From Lytechinus pictus (taxonomy: Eukaryota): 64,000 bases of DNA. The DNA lies in contig NC_087250.1 of assembly GCF_037042905.1 (NCBI RefSeq), positions 25,174,001-25,238,000 of the forward strand. Reading direction: 5' to 3'. A program made the translations under genes and the position numbers. The notes beneath the pieces were generated by a model. The model worked only from the letters and a program-made list of their open reading frames with translations, searched no databases and was not told where the DNA came from. Below, piece by piece: positions 48,001 through 62,195 of the stretch (positions are counted from its first letter, which is position 1; every line of letters begins with the position of its first letter).

Positions 48001-51000
48001 TTTCAAAGAGCAGGTGAACATTTGTGAGATGATTAGGAGCTGTAACTAATGTTAGATTACCCAGGGAATTAAGAAACTGGGATTTTACAGAGCAGATTGA
48101 GAAAAAGGTGAGGATGTTTGATCTTGGAAGTAGTGATTCCGGGAAGAAAGAGAAAGGAATTATAGTAATCTCATGTTTGGTAGTAGATTTGTGTATTATT
48201 TATGCTTGCTTGTTTCTTGTTCCATTTTGTTTGTTTAGAAAACAGCACAATCTAACTTCAAATGATAATAATGGAAATAACATGAATGATGGATGGGGGG
48301 GGGGACCAGCAGGGATGTTTGTTTTATCCTTTTTTTTTTTTTTTATTGGTTATATTGCCAATTACCTGTCAAATGCAGTGTCGTTTTTCCTTTTCTCATA
48401 ACAATCTGAAGAATTCTATATAATTATACTGGTCAATCTGTTCAAATATTTTGGAACCAAAGAAATCTCTCAAGCATAGCGTATGTTCACATTTTGTTCA
48501 CATTTCTGGTCTGAAAAAAATATTTTGATCTTGACGATTATTCAGCTTCCAGTCTAAGTATTAAGGTTACTGTTTAGTTTGGCACTATTTCCACAAATCA
48601 TCAGAAGGGAAAAAAAGACATGTTTGAGGATCAATGATTTTGAAGTTCAGTGCTTTGGGGCTAATTTATGCCCTTCAATATGTAGCTTTCAATTGTTCAT
48701 TCAATGAAGAAAAGGAGAGAGAGAGAACATAAAGTCCCCTCCCCCCATCCTATTCATTTGGTGATTTCAAGTTCAGTTGTGACCTTTTGGTGTTAGGTCA
48801 ATTTTTACACGATTATAACACCAAACATAAAATGAAGATGGTTCTGAAAAGTCACTGACTGGTGGCTGAGATGTCAATACTGTGATCTGGATCAGTTTTT
48901 ACAAACTCTGAATAAGTTTTGAAGCTAGTGGAAGCAATTCAAATTTCAACACCAAGGCCAATACCGGACTTGAAATCACCCATTGGGTTGATCTCATCAT
49001 GGCATGGACTGTACAGATTGAAGTAGGGATATAACATATTACTATAAATTTTCAAGTCCACTGGTTTTATTTCCTTCAATTAATCCACAGAAAGTTAAAC
49101 TAGGCCTAGAGAATGAAGCAGATTCTGTTGCTATTTCCTTTTCTATATTTTATTTATTTTTGTGAAAGTGAGAATGTTGAAGTGATATTTACCACCAAAA
49201 AAAGAAAGAAAAAAAAAATGTGTAAGACAACATTGTATCGTTGTGTAATCTGTTTGCATGTTAAGATATACAGGATGGTAGCATGAAGGGTAAGGTCTGG
49301 GTTTTTGTTTGGCCCGAGAAGTTCTGAACGCTTTAAGAATTTCTTTAAGATAGTTCGTCATTTAGGATATTATCCCTTTTTGCATGTTATTTTGCTCAAG
49401 TTTCAAGCTTTTTCGAGTTGAAAGAATGTTGAAGTTCAGTATGATTCAGTGTAAAGCTATCTATGAGGTAGCTTAAATGGTGAAAGGTTTAACTAATGGT
49501 TTATCAATTATATATCGTCTCCAAATTTGAGTGGTTAAAGGATTAGTTATTGGTAATATTGTTTTTGATGAATATTGAAGGTTTAAGTAGGCGTAACTGC
49601 TAATTGCTAGTGGTTTAGGTGATGATTTATTAAGTATAGATTAAGTCATCCTATATTTAAGTCGAGATTGAAATGGTTAAAGGATTAGCATAACTCTTGA
49701 ATGGTTAAGTGTAGATGATGGTTTATCAAGTATACTCAGTCATTCTGTATTTGATTTAAGATTGAAGTTAAAGGATTAGCATAACTTTTAATGGTTTATC
49801 AAGTATTTATCAAATCCTATATTTGATTTGAGATTGAAAAGGTTAGAGGATCAGTGAACGGTTGAGGTTGTGTAGGATAACTAGTAAAGGTTGAATTTGA
49901 GTAGGTTAACTTGTAAAGGTGTATGAGATTAAATGATTATTGGTTTTAGAGTGTTTCATTCTGAAGGTAAAAGCTTGGCTCCTATTATTATTGCAGTTTG
50001 TTTGCATGTCATGTACACTAATGCAAGTTATGATGGTTATAATGGTTAAAAGCACTATAAGTGATTCTGTTAAGTATCGTGTAATAATTAAGAGTTTAGA
50101 AATAAGGGTTTGATAATGGTTTAAGAGTTTGAAACCCTTGGTCGGAGGAAGATGCTACAATTTATCTATCTGCAAGTAATGCTACAGGGATATGCATTGC
50201 AAGTTATAATGGTTGTAACGGTTAAAACATTCTTAAGTAATGCTGTCAAGTATTGTGTAATAATTAAGAGTTTGAAAATAATTAAAGAGATTAAAACCAT
50301 AGAGAAAGATGCTACAATATCTACAAGTAATGCTACAGCAATGTGCAACTGTGCATTCGGATTTGTCAGAAACTAGCTAATCTCAAGTTAAATAGTAAAA
50401 CTTAAGTGGTTTAAAGATTGAATTTAATCAATGAATGGGTTTGTTTACAATAATAGTACATGAAAGTTAGTAGAAGGATACTACATGTACAAGATAATTT
50501 GAACATTGTGTAATGTACTCCCATTAGATTAGTTGAACTCGCTCCTGAAGAGGTTAACTTTGAGTGAAATAAGATTTTTGAAGATGTTTTGGACAAGAAT
50601 GCATTTCATTAAAACCTGTAATCCTGGATGAACTCCGGTTAAATTCCATTTCCACTGGTAAGGTAATATTTTAATTAAATGTATATGTTATATGATCAAC
50701 AAGTGACTATTCTTACCTCTGGTTAGTTCAGTAACCAGTATGATTGGTTGATAAGTTAAATAGTTATGCTTGAGTCAAAGTGTCTCAGTCAACCTTTACT
50801 TTTGATTATTTCCTAAGTTTAAATGGTTGAATAATTTTCATTCAAAACAAATTTTGTGGATGCCAATCTTGGTTGTTTACCCTGTGTGACAAAGAATTGT
50901 GATTGATCTGATCGTTCATAATTGATAAAAATCATGGCAAATTGTGTAAAGAAAAAAAAGTCACAATCGATTGCAAACATTTATTTCATGTTTAACAGGG

Positions 51001-54000
51001 CCCTAGGTCGAGTTACACAAAAGATATCAATTGTACAATGGATTATAACTGAAAAAAAATAATTCTACAGCACACTGTGTTTAGTAGCAGTCAGTTAATT
51101 TCATAACTTCATGTAACATGTCTGAGGTCAAGTATCACAAGATCATGGATAAACGTGTACAAAAAGTTTTAGTCAGTTGCAAAGATTGATTTTATCCCTT
51201 CATGTAACAGGTCCAAGGTCAAGTAACACGAGATATAATGTATTCTAAAATGGATCATAATAGCATAGCTAACCATGTACAAAAATGTTGCAAGTAATTG
51301 CAAAGATTGATTTCATCTCTCAATGTAACAGGGCCCTAGGTCGAGTAGCACAAAAGATGTAATCAATTGTTCAATAGATCGTACATAAAAGCATGGCAAA
51401 CTGTGAACAAAAAAATGCAATTAATTGCAAAGATTGATTTCATCTCATGTGAAATGGCCCAGGTCAAGAAACATAAGATACAACCAATTCTATAATGGAT
51501 CATAACTAAAAGAAAAAAGCATGGCAAACTGGTTATTAATCAGTTGCAATCTACAACCTTGCAAGTATTGCTGTATCCATGTAAAAGGGCCCAAGCCAAA
51601 TGAGATTGGTATATTCGATGGGTCCAACTTCTTTTAAGAATTTTGATAGGAATGTTTATAATCTTCATGAATATACTCGAGAAACTATCTACACAGGATG
51701 GAATAGAAGGTATTTTATTTTGTTTCAGTCAAAGAGCAGTGAGTAGTTTCCAGTCTGCTGCCCTCATGGGGTGAAAATGAAAGCATTCTATTGGAACATT
51801 GCAAGAAACTTGTTATCAATTGCAAGTAAATGTTAGGTTCCTAAATCAGTCACAAGTCCGACAATTGATGGTAAATTTCATTTTGACTGCGGCCAGCAAA
51901 GTCAACATATAAAATGCATGTTTGTTCATAAAAATTCTAGATATGAATGTATATCCTTGAATTCATTGATTTCTTGACAATTTGGTGTGTTCTCCTGTGT
52001 TTACAAAGGACATTTTTGCCAATTTCCTATCGAAAAAATTAAGACACTGATGGTTTTCCATCGAGTTAGGATTGATTGGATCAATCGTAAATCTTTGTAA
52101 AACAGGGCCCTGGTCTGCTTATTGTAAGAAGAGGTAAACACATTTGCTCTAGTTACAATTTACCCAGTTTATCAAATGTAAAGAAATGTACAGAAATTTG
52201 CATTTGATTGCAAGAAACTGGAAATCAATCTCAAGTCAAGTGTAGGTCCCAAAATCATTTGCAAATCTGACAATTGATTGCAATTTCAATTTTGATCGCT
52301 GGTCTGCTTCGTGGAACAAGAATTAATTATACTTTTGCTGTAGTTACGATTAATCCCAACTGTATACAAACAGAAAATTGCAATGCAAAATTCTTGCATG
52401 TTTTGTTGCAACACTCTCTAAGGATAAAGTGTAATTTGCTTTGTGTGTGCATACATTTTTGGTTAGAATATGACACTTAGTCAGGGTTAGTACTCTATCA
52501 GATAATGGGAGTCATTCATGTGTATTGGAATTTAAACATCGCTCTGCTACATGAGGAAGAGTTCTCGAGATATAAAATGGGCATTTATAAGTCTTAATAA
52601 CTGCGTGGATGGGACGGTTGTATCTGCCGGGAAAAGGTTGAATAATATAACGGTTTCTAAATGAGCAGCAAGTTTAATCTTCGAAAGAGATGGAATAGGC
52701 ATAATGAGGAATTCTAAAAGATATAAATATATATTTTTTGTTATATTTTATATGCTGCAAGTATGATGTAAAAATAAGAATCAGACAAATATTGCAAGGG
52801 TTTTTCATTTCATTCTATATTAAAAGATGACAATAAGTATTCTGCAACCCATAATATTGCCCATATCTATCAGTGTTTGAAGCACACTTTACTCCATCTT
52901 AACCCTACTTTGCATAAAAATTGCAAACTGGTCTTTTGAAGCACCCCTTTTTCCCAATTCAAGTGCACTTCATGGAAGTCATCAAACACAGAATATTGCA
53001 AACTTGGGACCCAGATATTTAAAAATCCTTTTTATTATTTCAAGTTCAGGAGCTTGTAAAAACAGCTTTCTTATGGTGTATAGTAATTTACATTCATAAT
53101 TGCAAACATGCTCATTGAAGACCCTTCAGTATTTTGTGAAAATTTGAATGATCATTTCTACATGTTTTGATCCAGGTTTTCGTTTAGTGCAATTTATGGT
53201 ATCTCACCTGCAGCACACAGTATCAGGAAAAAGATGTGATCAATTCATGTTCAGGACCTCATGCAGCAAAAATAATATCTTATCAAAATCAGATTAATAC
53301 GATATGGGAAATAATGTTTAAATTATCGTAACTTTCCTTGCATGATCGCGCAAAAGCAAATCAAAACAATTTCCCCCACATGCCTCAAAACTCTCTGTGA
53401 ACATTTGCTGCAATAATGTTCCACATAAAATGCAAATGATCATGTAGGCCCACCAAATTTATAGAATCGATAAAGAGATATTAATTGTTCTAGATAAAGA
53501 CAAAGTTGAGAGCCGTTCCGTAAAGCTTGTTATAGTAACATATTTGCAATAACAGTTTAAAGCTACTGAAATCATTAACTTTCATTCGCTGGTAGTAAAC
53601 TTGTAGATATTTTACATTTATTATTATAACAAGTCTTTGTGCCATGGGACACTGGTCTCGGAATGAGGGAAAATATAAATAAATCTAAATATTTCGCATT
53701 CACCTTTGTTTGGAATGCTTCACATCCAAATGATCAATGTTCTTGCTAAAGAGCAATATATACCAAACAAATCCTACCATTTTGTTTATTGTATTATGCA
53801 AACCTAAATGCTTTTTGTACAAATATTATGGATAAGTTTTAAAAAGATACAATACATGCAGTTGTCTTTTATCATCAGAATTTTAACCTTAAGAATAAAC
53901 CAGAAATTTTCATTGGAACATAATCAGGAAGGGGGGGGGGGGGCTTGGGTTCAGGGGGGGGGTAGAAGCTTATGATGGTACTGTATATTACATGTTTTAG

Positions 54001-54900
54001 AAGGTATACAGTACATATATCATTCTGTGTATTTGAATATTCATCTGTAGATGCTGAGCTTTTGCCATGATCAACTAAACAAACTAAAAGTAGAATAACA
54101 AAAAAAAAATGATGTGTGAAGTCAGCGAGAATTTGGCTTCTCCAAACTTGCCTAGGTTTCGTCTCCCTTATCGATAGTAATGAATTGAAGTGGATATTAT
54201 TGAAGTTCTTGGTAATAAAACCATTTATAAAAAGAAATATGTGTATAAAACTGAATTTGCTAGGGGCAGAGCTGGGGATAGGGGCATATCTTGTTACAGT
54301 GCATTCAATGTCTCCTGTTAAGTCATGTGTGGAGCTGCAACAAGACAATCCACAATATTCAAATCATTATCTCTCTAAACTCCAAGTAACGTATTTGCAA
54401 TCTTTTAATTGACTTCATTAAATCATCTGTGATCCGTTCAAAAGATTCAGGTCATTTTCAGGGGAAAATGTTTGAAACATTTGGGCTCTTTACAACTTCA
54501 CATGTGGCTGGCGTCGTTTTCCACAGAATTGGTATATACCTCATGTGATTAAAATTGCTTAGCTTATACCGGTAATTATGCCAGCTCAAAAAAAAAATGA
54601 TAAAAAATGATAATCCTACCAAAAAAAAATTGTTTTTAGAGAGACGATTCTGTTTTAAGAAACAAAGCTACGTATTATATAGAGGAAGATATATATTTTA
54701 AAGAGTGGGATCATTAAGGAGCTTTAAATATTTTATTTTTTGTTTGTTGTGAGAATATCTTTTGATTCTTAAAATGAAGCTTAGCTTCATGATTCCACAC
54801 AGCCAAGCTTATATCAATGTAATGTAGATTTAGTGTGTAACAACATTGGAATTTTAAGAAAGAAAAAAAAGTAGATGTAATAATAATTGTTATTTATGAA
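45012..54900 (+). other. Probable long 3' UTR of the Pur gene (end uncertain)
   Basis: Follows the stop codon, AU-rich, lacks the ~600-bp MITEs frequent in the introns, U/GU-rich tract near 54910-54960. The poly(A) site was not identified. Confidence 0.35.
50995..51595 (+). repeat. Degenerate tandem repeat, unit about 110-120 bp
   Basis: Recurrent taacagggccctaggtcgagt/ggtcaagt and ttgcaaagattgatt motifs. Confidence 0.65.
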
Positions 54901-56309
54901 AAAAATTGTATTTTCTTTTTCTTTTTATTTTGTTTTATGTTTCTTGTTGCTTGTCTAATCCTGATATTGATGGCTTTTTGGGTCATTTGAAAATATGTGT
55001 TCTTTTTATTTTCCTTTTATTTGTCGAGGAGTCAATGATGTAGCCATATTCATATTGGATTTGTTTGTTTGCGAATTTCCATCACTCCAGTGAGCAAGCA
55101 TCTATCGGTGTTGTACTCAGCAGCATACTTAGGTTTTTTTTCCAGCTTATGGATATTCATAATGCAGTGTGGCTTTGTATTAATATTCATGTTTGTCTTT
55201 GAAATGAAGAAAGCTGATTGGCTGCTCACTGGAGATGATGTCATAATGAATATTCATTCTAGAAGCTTTTAAGATACACACTGACTGATGTGACTGTAGA
55301 AGCTTCACCACTGTGTGTGAGTTTTTGAGTCAGTTGCTGCCTACAACATGAATATATATATACATAAACATGAGCACATACGAATATATGAATACTAATT
55401 AGTCTGTAGACTTCAAATACAGGCTTTTTCTTCTGTACAATGCATTTATGTAAACAAAGAGCATTTATTATTGGATAATATAGGATGACCCAAAAAGTTT
55501 TAAGGTATTATTGTATTTTTGTACTATGTAGGATGTTCACTGATGTTCATTAAATGGAGGAAAAGAAATTTTTAGTGTGTTTTATCTTGTTGTAAATGTT
55601 TGAGAAACAAGAACAAAAAGATGTAGAGAAAGGAAGGGAAAGAAAGAGGGGAGATATGGAAGGGTGGAGATATGGAAGAGTGTAGAGTAGATGAGAGAGA
55701 AAGAGAGAGAGGGGGAGCAAGTGGAGAGAGGGGTACAAATAAAGAGAATAGAAAATGTAATACATGTAACATATCTCATGCTCTAATTTTATGAGCCTCA
55801 ATCTCACTCGCTTTAAACTTGCAAAATACATGAGACTTATGCATGTTTGATTAAAATTGAGGAGGAAAGATCCTTCAGATATGCACAGATTGAAGCAGAG
55901 AGCACCTAGATAGAACCCCAGAGCTTCTAGGGACCCTGGCCGATGCAACCTTGCACCCAAGGTTTGTGCTTTCAGTGGAGAGCGCAAACTGGGCAACGCA
56001 CTCGCAATTTTCCTTCAAGAGTTTTTTTTTTTTTTTTCAGGCCCTGGAGTCATTTGTCACTGGAATCTCTGTTGATATAAAAACACAGACAAGATGTAAA
56101 AGAGAGAGAGAAAAAGGATGAGATGGCCAGCTTCTTCCAAATCTAAATATATAAGCAGATTACAAATGGTTGTGTCATGGATGTTACCACTATAGATCAT
56201 TAAAAATCGGTTTCATTATGCAAGCCAAAGCATTATAAAGTTCACATGGAGTGCGATGACCATGCATCCATTATTGTTCCATCAGAATGTCACAGAAAAA
56301 TTGCGATCA

Positions 56310-56540
56310 GATCCCAGCCATGGCGTTATTTCCTTTGGCAAGAAATTTATCCACATTGTGCTGCACTCGACCCAGGGGAGGTGAATGGGTACCCAGTAAG
56401 ATTTATTCCTCGAACGCCTTAGGGCATATTAATATGGCGGCTCGGCTACAGCCAGGGTAATAATATGATACCAAGTATCAAAGCGCAGTTGAGTATATGC
56501 ATATAGTAACTGCGCTATATAAATGGACATATTATTATTC
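56310..56540 (+). mobile_element. SINE body, 5' truncated
   Basis: Homologous to 3158-3335; ends in tattattatt. Confidence 0.7.
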
Positions 56541-56952
56541 CCGGGGGGGGGGCCGTCAAATGTATTGCTGTACACACGCGTGGCCAAATTATTTCCAAAC
56601 CACCCCTAAACGAGTTTTTCTCTGTGTGCAAAATAACCCCCTAAAATGTTTTCTGCAGGCTTTATTTACACATTTTGACCCCTAAACAAGCTGTCGCCAG
56701 ATTATGACCCCGGGGAAAAAGCTTGGGGAAAAAAACATACACTAAACACGTTTGGCTAGTCTTAAAAAAAAAGCTTTGGAAAAAAAAATACCCTAAATAC
56801 GTTTGACCCTGCGATTGACAATAAATTGTGATGTTTTTTGTTGAGAATGAACCAACAGTCGGCTCTAGTCAGATTGACTGTTAAATTCAATTATCCGCTA
56901 GACTATCTCCACAAATTATTTCATTCTACTGTTTTACAGCCCATACAATACT

Positions 56953-57220
56953 GGTGTGTTGGCTCAGTTGGTAGAGCGTCCATCTTACAACCGGGAGGTC
57001 GGGGGTTCAAACCCTGGCCGCGTCAGACCAAAATACGTTAAAAGATGGGAGTTGCTGCTACCCTGTTTGGCGTTCAACGATTAAAGGGATAGAGCCTCGT
57101 CGATCTGGCGCTGCACAGCGGCTGCCAGGCCCATGATCAATTGGGCAAAGCAAATTTTCGGAGTATTTCATTTCATGTCAATTTCGAACAATAAAATATG
57201 GATTTTCATCTTTTTTTCAT
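56953..57220 (+). mobile_element. tRNA-derived SINE
   Basis: A box tggctcagttgg and B box ggttcaaacc followed by a non-tRNA body. Confidence 0.8.
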
Positions 57221-57572
57221 CTACAAAACAACTGAAAGATATTAAACTGGAAACCAACGGTCAAATTTAAATGCTTTTTGAGTAAAGCAGAAAATTGGGT
57301 CAAAAATTGTTGAAGGGGTGATGAAAATGAACGTTCAATGTATGCTACAAAAATTCTCTAATTTCTCCTATTAAACACTGCTGTAGAAACAGCATGATGA
57401 TGAAGCGATAGAAAGATGGTGGATAAATAAACAGATCATTCACTGACCAACCTTAGAAGATAATTACAGCATATACAGTCTGTCTCACACAAAAAAGAAA
57501 CCTGTTTTCATAGATAAACTTAACAATTTGAAAAAAAAATTACTATAAATTTGACAATTAGGGTGAGAGTTG

Positions 57573-57679
57573 GCCTATCTGATATGCGCCAGGCTAGTGG
57601 GCAAGTTACTGATCGCGTGAAGGAGACCGTCAGGCGAGGGCGCAGCTTCGCCCACTAGCCTGACGCATATCGGATAGGC
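57573..57679. repeat. Short GC-rich inverted repeat or mini-MITE
   Basis: gcctatctgatatgcgccaggctagtgggc / gcccactagcctgacgcatatcggataggc. Confidence 0.8.
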
Positions 57680-58252
57680 TAGGTTATAGTGGAATCTCAT
57701 CTGTAAATTGAGATCAAAAGCTTAGCTTTGCAAACCCTTCACGCATGGCAGATTAAAAAGAATATTGAGGCATACCGAAAATGGTTAGGGCAGAAACTCA
57801 CGAGTGAATCTGAATCCACTCTTATTTCAGAGAACAGAGAAACTCAACAAAAAATGCAAAATAAATGCAAATGAGCAGTTATTGTATCATGAACCAATCC
57901 TGTCCAATTTTAAGCACAATCTCCTTTTGACACTAAATTTAAAATTCCTCTTGCTCATTAATGCATGAAGTGTTCTTATACTAGGTATAAAAATATAGAG
58001 GAATAACTGAATTTTATGATCTACATGTAACTAACATATCATAATTTGTTTGCCTTTGAAGGAGAAGGACATGGGAATGCCGGTTTCCTTTTTTCTGGGG
58101 CGCACTGTATATTGCATCTGAAAATAAAAGGCACTCGAGACTTCAAGAACTTCCTTCATAAATCATATTTATTTTCTTTATATCAATATATATCATCTGG
58201 TGTACAAAAATACAATTTCATGTAATCGTTTTGTTTATCTCACATACATACA

Positions 58253-58638
58253 GGACCGAATTCACAAGGTGGTTTTTAAAAACCATCGGTTGAACCCATG
58301 GTTTAGGCAGATTTCCTGTATAGATTATGCTTAATTTGGCACGTATCGGGCACGTGTATAAAAAATGTCCTATGCTGATGCCCCTTTTGTCACAGTGCGC
58401 CAAATTGACGCCTACTGTTTTGATTTCAGAGTCCACTCACCAAACAGTGGACTCATGAATAAAATAGCGTACTTAACCATGACAACAGGCATCAATTTTG
58501 CGCACTGTGACAAAAGCATCCATCAGTATTGGACAGTTTTTAATATACTCGGTAAATAAGCGTAATTTATACAGGAAATCTGCATTAAACCATGGGTTCA
58601 ACCGATGGTTTTAAAAACCACCTTTGTGAATTCGGGCC
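58253..58638. mobile_element. Palindromic MITE
   Basis: ggaccgaattcacaaggtggttttt / aaaaaccacctttgtgaattcgggcc. Confidence 0.85.
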
Positions 58639-60779
58639 ATAGATTTTGACTTGGGCAGATCACATGCAAATGATGCAGGCTTATTTCACAATTTACACAC
58701 TGGTGTATCTCAAGCAGCAAACTTATTGATCAGTGGGAATATTCTATTGTGTGGTCTCCCTCCCCCCCCCCCCCCCCCCGACTTGAAGATCACTTAATTG
58801 AATAAAACCAACAAAAACAGGCAGCTCAAAGGTGGAATATTCAATTTATAACAAAAACCAGAATTATACAAAAGACAAAAATCATGAATCAACTTTTTAA
58901 AAAATACTATGATATTGTTAGGAAAATGCTGTAACTACTGATAAAAAGAACTTACAATACATGAATGATTTGCCTCTTTCTTATAATAAGACAGTCCCCA
59001 TCAAAAGGAATTTTCAGAAAGGCATTAAAAACCCATCTCTTCCATATTTTGCAGTACCATAGTACTAGCATTATATAATTTCTTGTAATTATTTTCATTG
59101 TAAGCACTTTGGGCCTTAAGGGAAATGCACTGTATAAGTAATAATTATTATTCATTGGTTTTCTATTATTGTTCAAAATCGTAGAAAAACACAGAATTAA
59201 ACAGAAAATAAATAGAGTGAGTTAGAAAATAAGAATATATAAAAAACCTGGGATCAAAAATATGTATCAGAAATATGCAAGACATCATGCATCTCCGCGC
59301 CTGATTTACATCTTGCTTATCTTCTCCTTGCTTTCCCCCGAATCATCAAACTCCTCTCCTATTTGAATATTGTTCAGTTTCCAGCTGTATGGCCTGTAAC
59401 CTACTGTGACCTCTGACCCTGTGATAAGCTCCTGGACTTGTGCTGCCTTCTCCCCGTCAAGGAATGGAATGGTCCACCTACATTGTGAATAACGATTAAG
59501 AAAATGTGAATTAAAAATGAGTTAAAAAGTGACAAATCTATTAAGAAGTAAATGAAAAGGTTTTGAGAGGATTTTGAAAGAATTGACAGAGATACAACTT
59601 TGAATGTCTTCAAAGAGACTATTCCACAATGCAGGGTATGCATGAACAATGGATAAAGAATACCCCCCCCCCTTTTCCTCCTAATTATCAAATTGATGAA
59701 AGTGAAGAGGAGATAACTTTTTGGTGACAATAAATTCTTTTTGCCAGTTTCAGAACGGTAAACATTTTCCCGCACACGCCTCTGCACGTTTATGGAATGC
59801 TTTTCCTGATTCCACGAAATATCAAGTAACTTTGTAGGTTACTTCAAAGTTTCGCTCAAAAGGAATTTTTTCCAGCAACCTCAATGCTCAATGTCGCATA
59901 GTACATAGAGCTTCTAATTTATTTCTTCTAACTTCTGAAGTGCATAGGATGCAAGCTGTTTAATATGTTAAAACCACAATAAAATTACCAATTATCATTA
60001 TTATTATTATCATTAGTTGCCTAAAAGCTTCCTTCTATCCATGGGAAATAAGCAAAAAAAAGCTGCAACATGTGAAGTATAAAAATGAACACTATATGAG
60101 TTGCGTACAGTAATATTATGGCGGTATTTTGTGTGGGTTCCTTTCCTTTAAAAAGATGCAGAATAGGCCACAAGGGGGAGACAAAACACCAATAAAGTGA
60201 CTTACTGGCTTCATACATGCAACCAAAAGGATGACATTTGTTAAAACATTTGTTTTTATTTTACAGAACTATAGTTAGAACATGAATACGTATTTGAGGG
60301 TTCCCTGATATTTGCTCCGGTGACAATTGCTCTGCTCTAAATTCCACACACTAATCAAATGACCAACTTCATTCCTAGGTTTAACACTATACCGTACCCT
60401 AAACCTAACATAAAAGCCTACTGCAACCCTAACCCTAAATCTCAGACGAAGTAAAGCCCGGAGCAATTGTCGCAGGAGCAAATGTCGTGTCACCGAGTAT
60501 TAAAGAGATACGGTATATGGTTTACCTTACAACTTCAATGTCTGTTTCGGCCGCATCACTACCATACCATTTTAAGAGTGACGGAAGATTGATCTGGATA
60601 AGATAATAATGAATTAACAGAATAAATTGCATTTTTGGAGAATAAGATGGCTTCACAACAAACTTGAAATCCCAAAATTCATCACAAATCATGGTAGTTA
60701 CAATAATTCCAAAGTTACCATATTTTTGTCTGAAAGGAGGCCACATACAGTCTAAAGATCTATGGGATTCAAGACTGAA

Positions 60780-62195
60780 AGGTCAAGTCCACCCCCAAAA
60801 AATGTTGATTTGAATCGACAGAGAAAAATCAAAGAAGCATAGCACTGAAAATTTCATCTAAATCGGATATAAAATAAGAAAGTTATGATATTTTTAAATT
60901 TCACTTATTTTTCACAAAACAGTGATATGCACAACTCAGTGACATGGGACTGTCGATGATGACCCTCACTCACTATTTCTTTTGTTTTCTATTGTTTGAA
61001 TTATACAATATTTCATTTTTTACAGATTTGACAATAAGGACCAACTTGACTGAACCATATAGTATCAAACAACGTTAATTCCACATGTTCAGGGAGGAAC
61101 TAATCGTTGTTTCACTTGACAATGAGGAGAAAATTAGAATATTTCAGATTTCATATAATAAAATACAAAAGAAATAGTGAGAGGATGGCATCATCAGTCT
61201 CCTCATTTGCATACCGAGCAGGATGTGTATATATATATATTGTGAGATTTAACAAAATTTTAACTTTCTTATTTTATAGTCACGTAGTGTATTACCGGAC
61301 ACTATTATGATTCCGGACGCGCGTATTACTGCGTTCTAAAACAAATTCGTACCGTAAAACTTCCGGAATTCAATTTCACAGAGCAATACATAGAACAAGA
61401 TTGCAAAAACAAGGCGAAAAATCCAACTTTTACCTAATTATCTCTAAAAATGACAGAAAATGCTTAAAATATCATATAACATAGTTTTGTATTAACAATT
61501 GATGTATTTTCTAACGGAAATATGGGCCTGATTTGCCGAATTTCAATCTCGTCCACTCCTTCGAATGAATGATGAGGTGTGGTGTATTGTGGGTGATCGT
61601 CGATGGCTAGTTCTCAAGGTACCCGTGCGCAAGGTTTACTGTGAGTAGAGCCGTCAATCGGCAGCGCATCGATAGAACTTGATGAGCGTCACAATACGAA
61701 CGCGAGCATATTATTATTGGAAAGTGCCATGGAACATGCAGCTAACAAGACAAAATAAAATAAGTTATCAAACACGAATTTATTACCAACATCTGCTCAG
61801 ATTCGATATAAAAAAGCAAATAATACTTAGAATTTACTCATGATATGAAATAAGAAGAAAAAAATCACACAAATTTGCTCTTACATCATTATAATCAAGG
61901 ATATCTTTACCCGTCCGGCGCGCGTCCGGAATCATGATGTAATTTGTCGCGCACGAAAATAATTGTTTTTCGTGGAGGGGTATGCGGCAACTGCGATGCA
62001 AAGAAAATGGTTGGTAAATATAAAATAATTTTATCATATTCATAATTTTCATAATATTTGGAATAGCAAGTGTGATTTTTTCTTGATTGTATTTCCTCTA
62101 GTTGTCATTTTTAAAGCACTGAAATAAAGGTGTCCGGCAATAGGATACACTGCCATACATCCGATTTTGATGAAAGTTTCAGCGCTATGCTTGTT
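60780..62195. mobile_element. MITE family A copy split by a nested insertion
   Basis: Family A sequence stops at ttcttatttta (about 61276) and resumes at catccgattttgatgaaa (62158). Confidence 0.75.
61277..62155. mobile_element. Nested Tc1/mariner-like non-autonomous element
   Basis: Imperfect TIR agtgtattaccggacac / gtgtccggcaata..tacact; inserted at a duplicated TA. Confidence 0.6.

Noticed and set aside
56953..57025. tRNA gene
   Set aside because: tRNA-like head of a SINE; imperfect cloverleaf and no nearby Pol III terminator.
60320..60495. Telomeric CCCTAA repeats
   Set aside because: A few degenerate units inside a short inverted-repeat element, not a telomere array.
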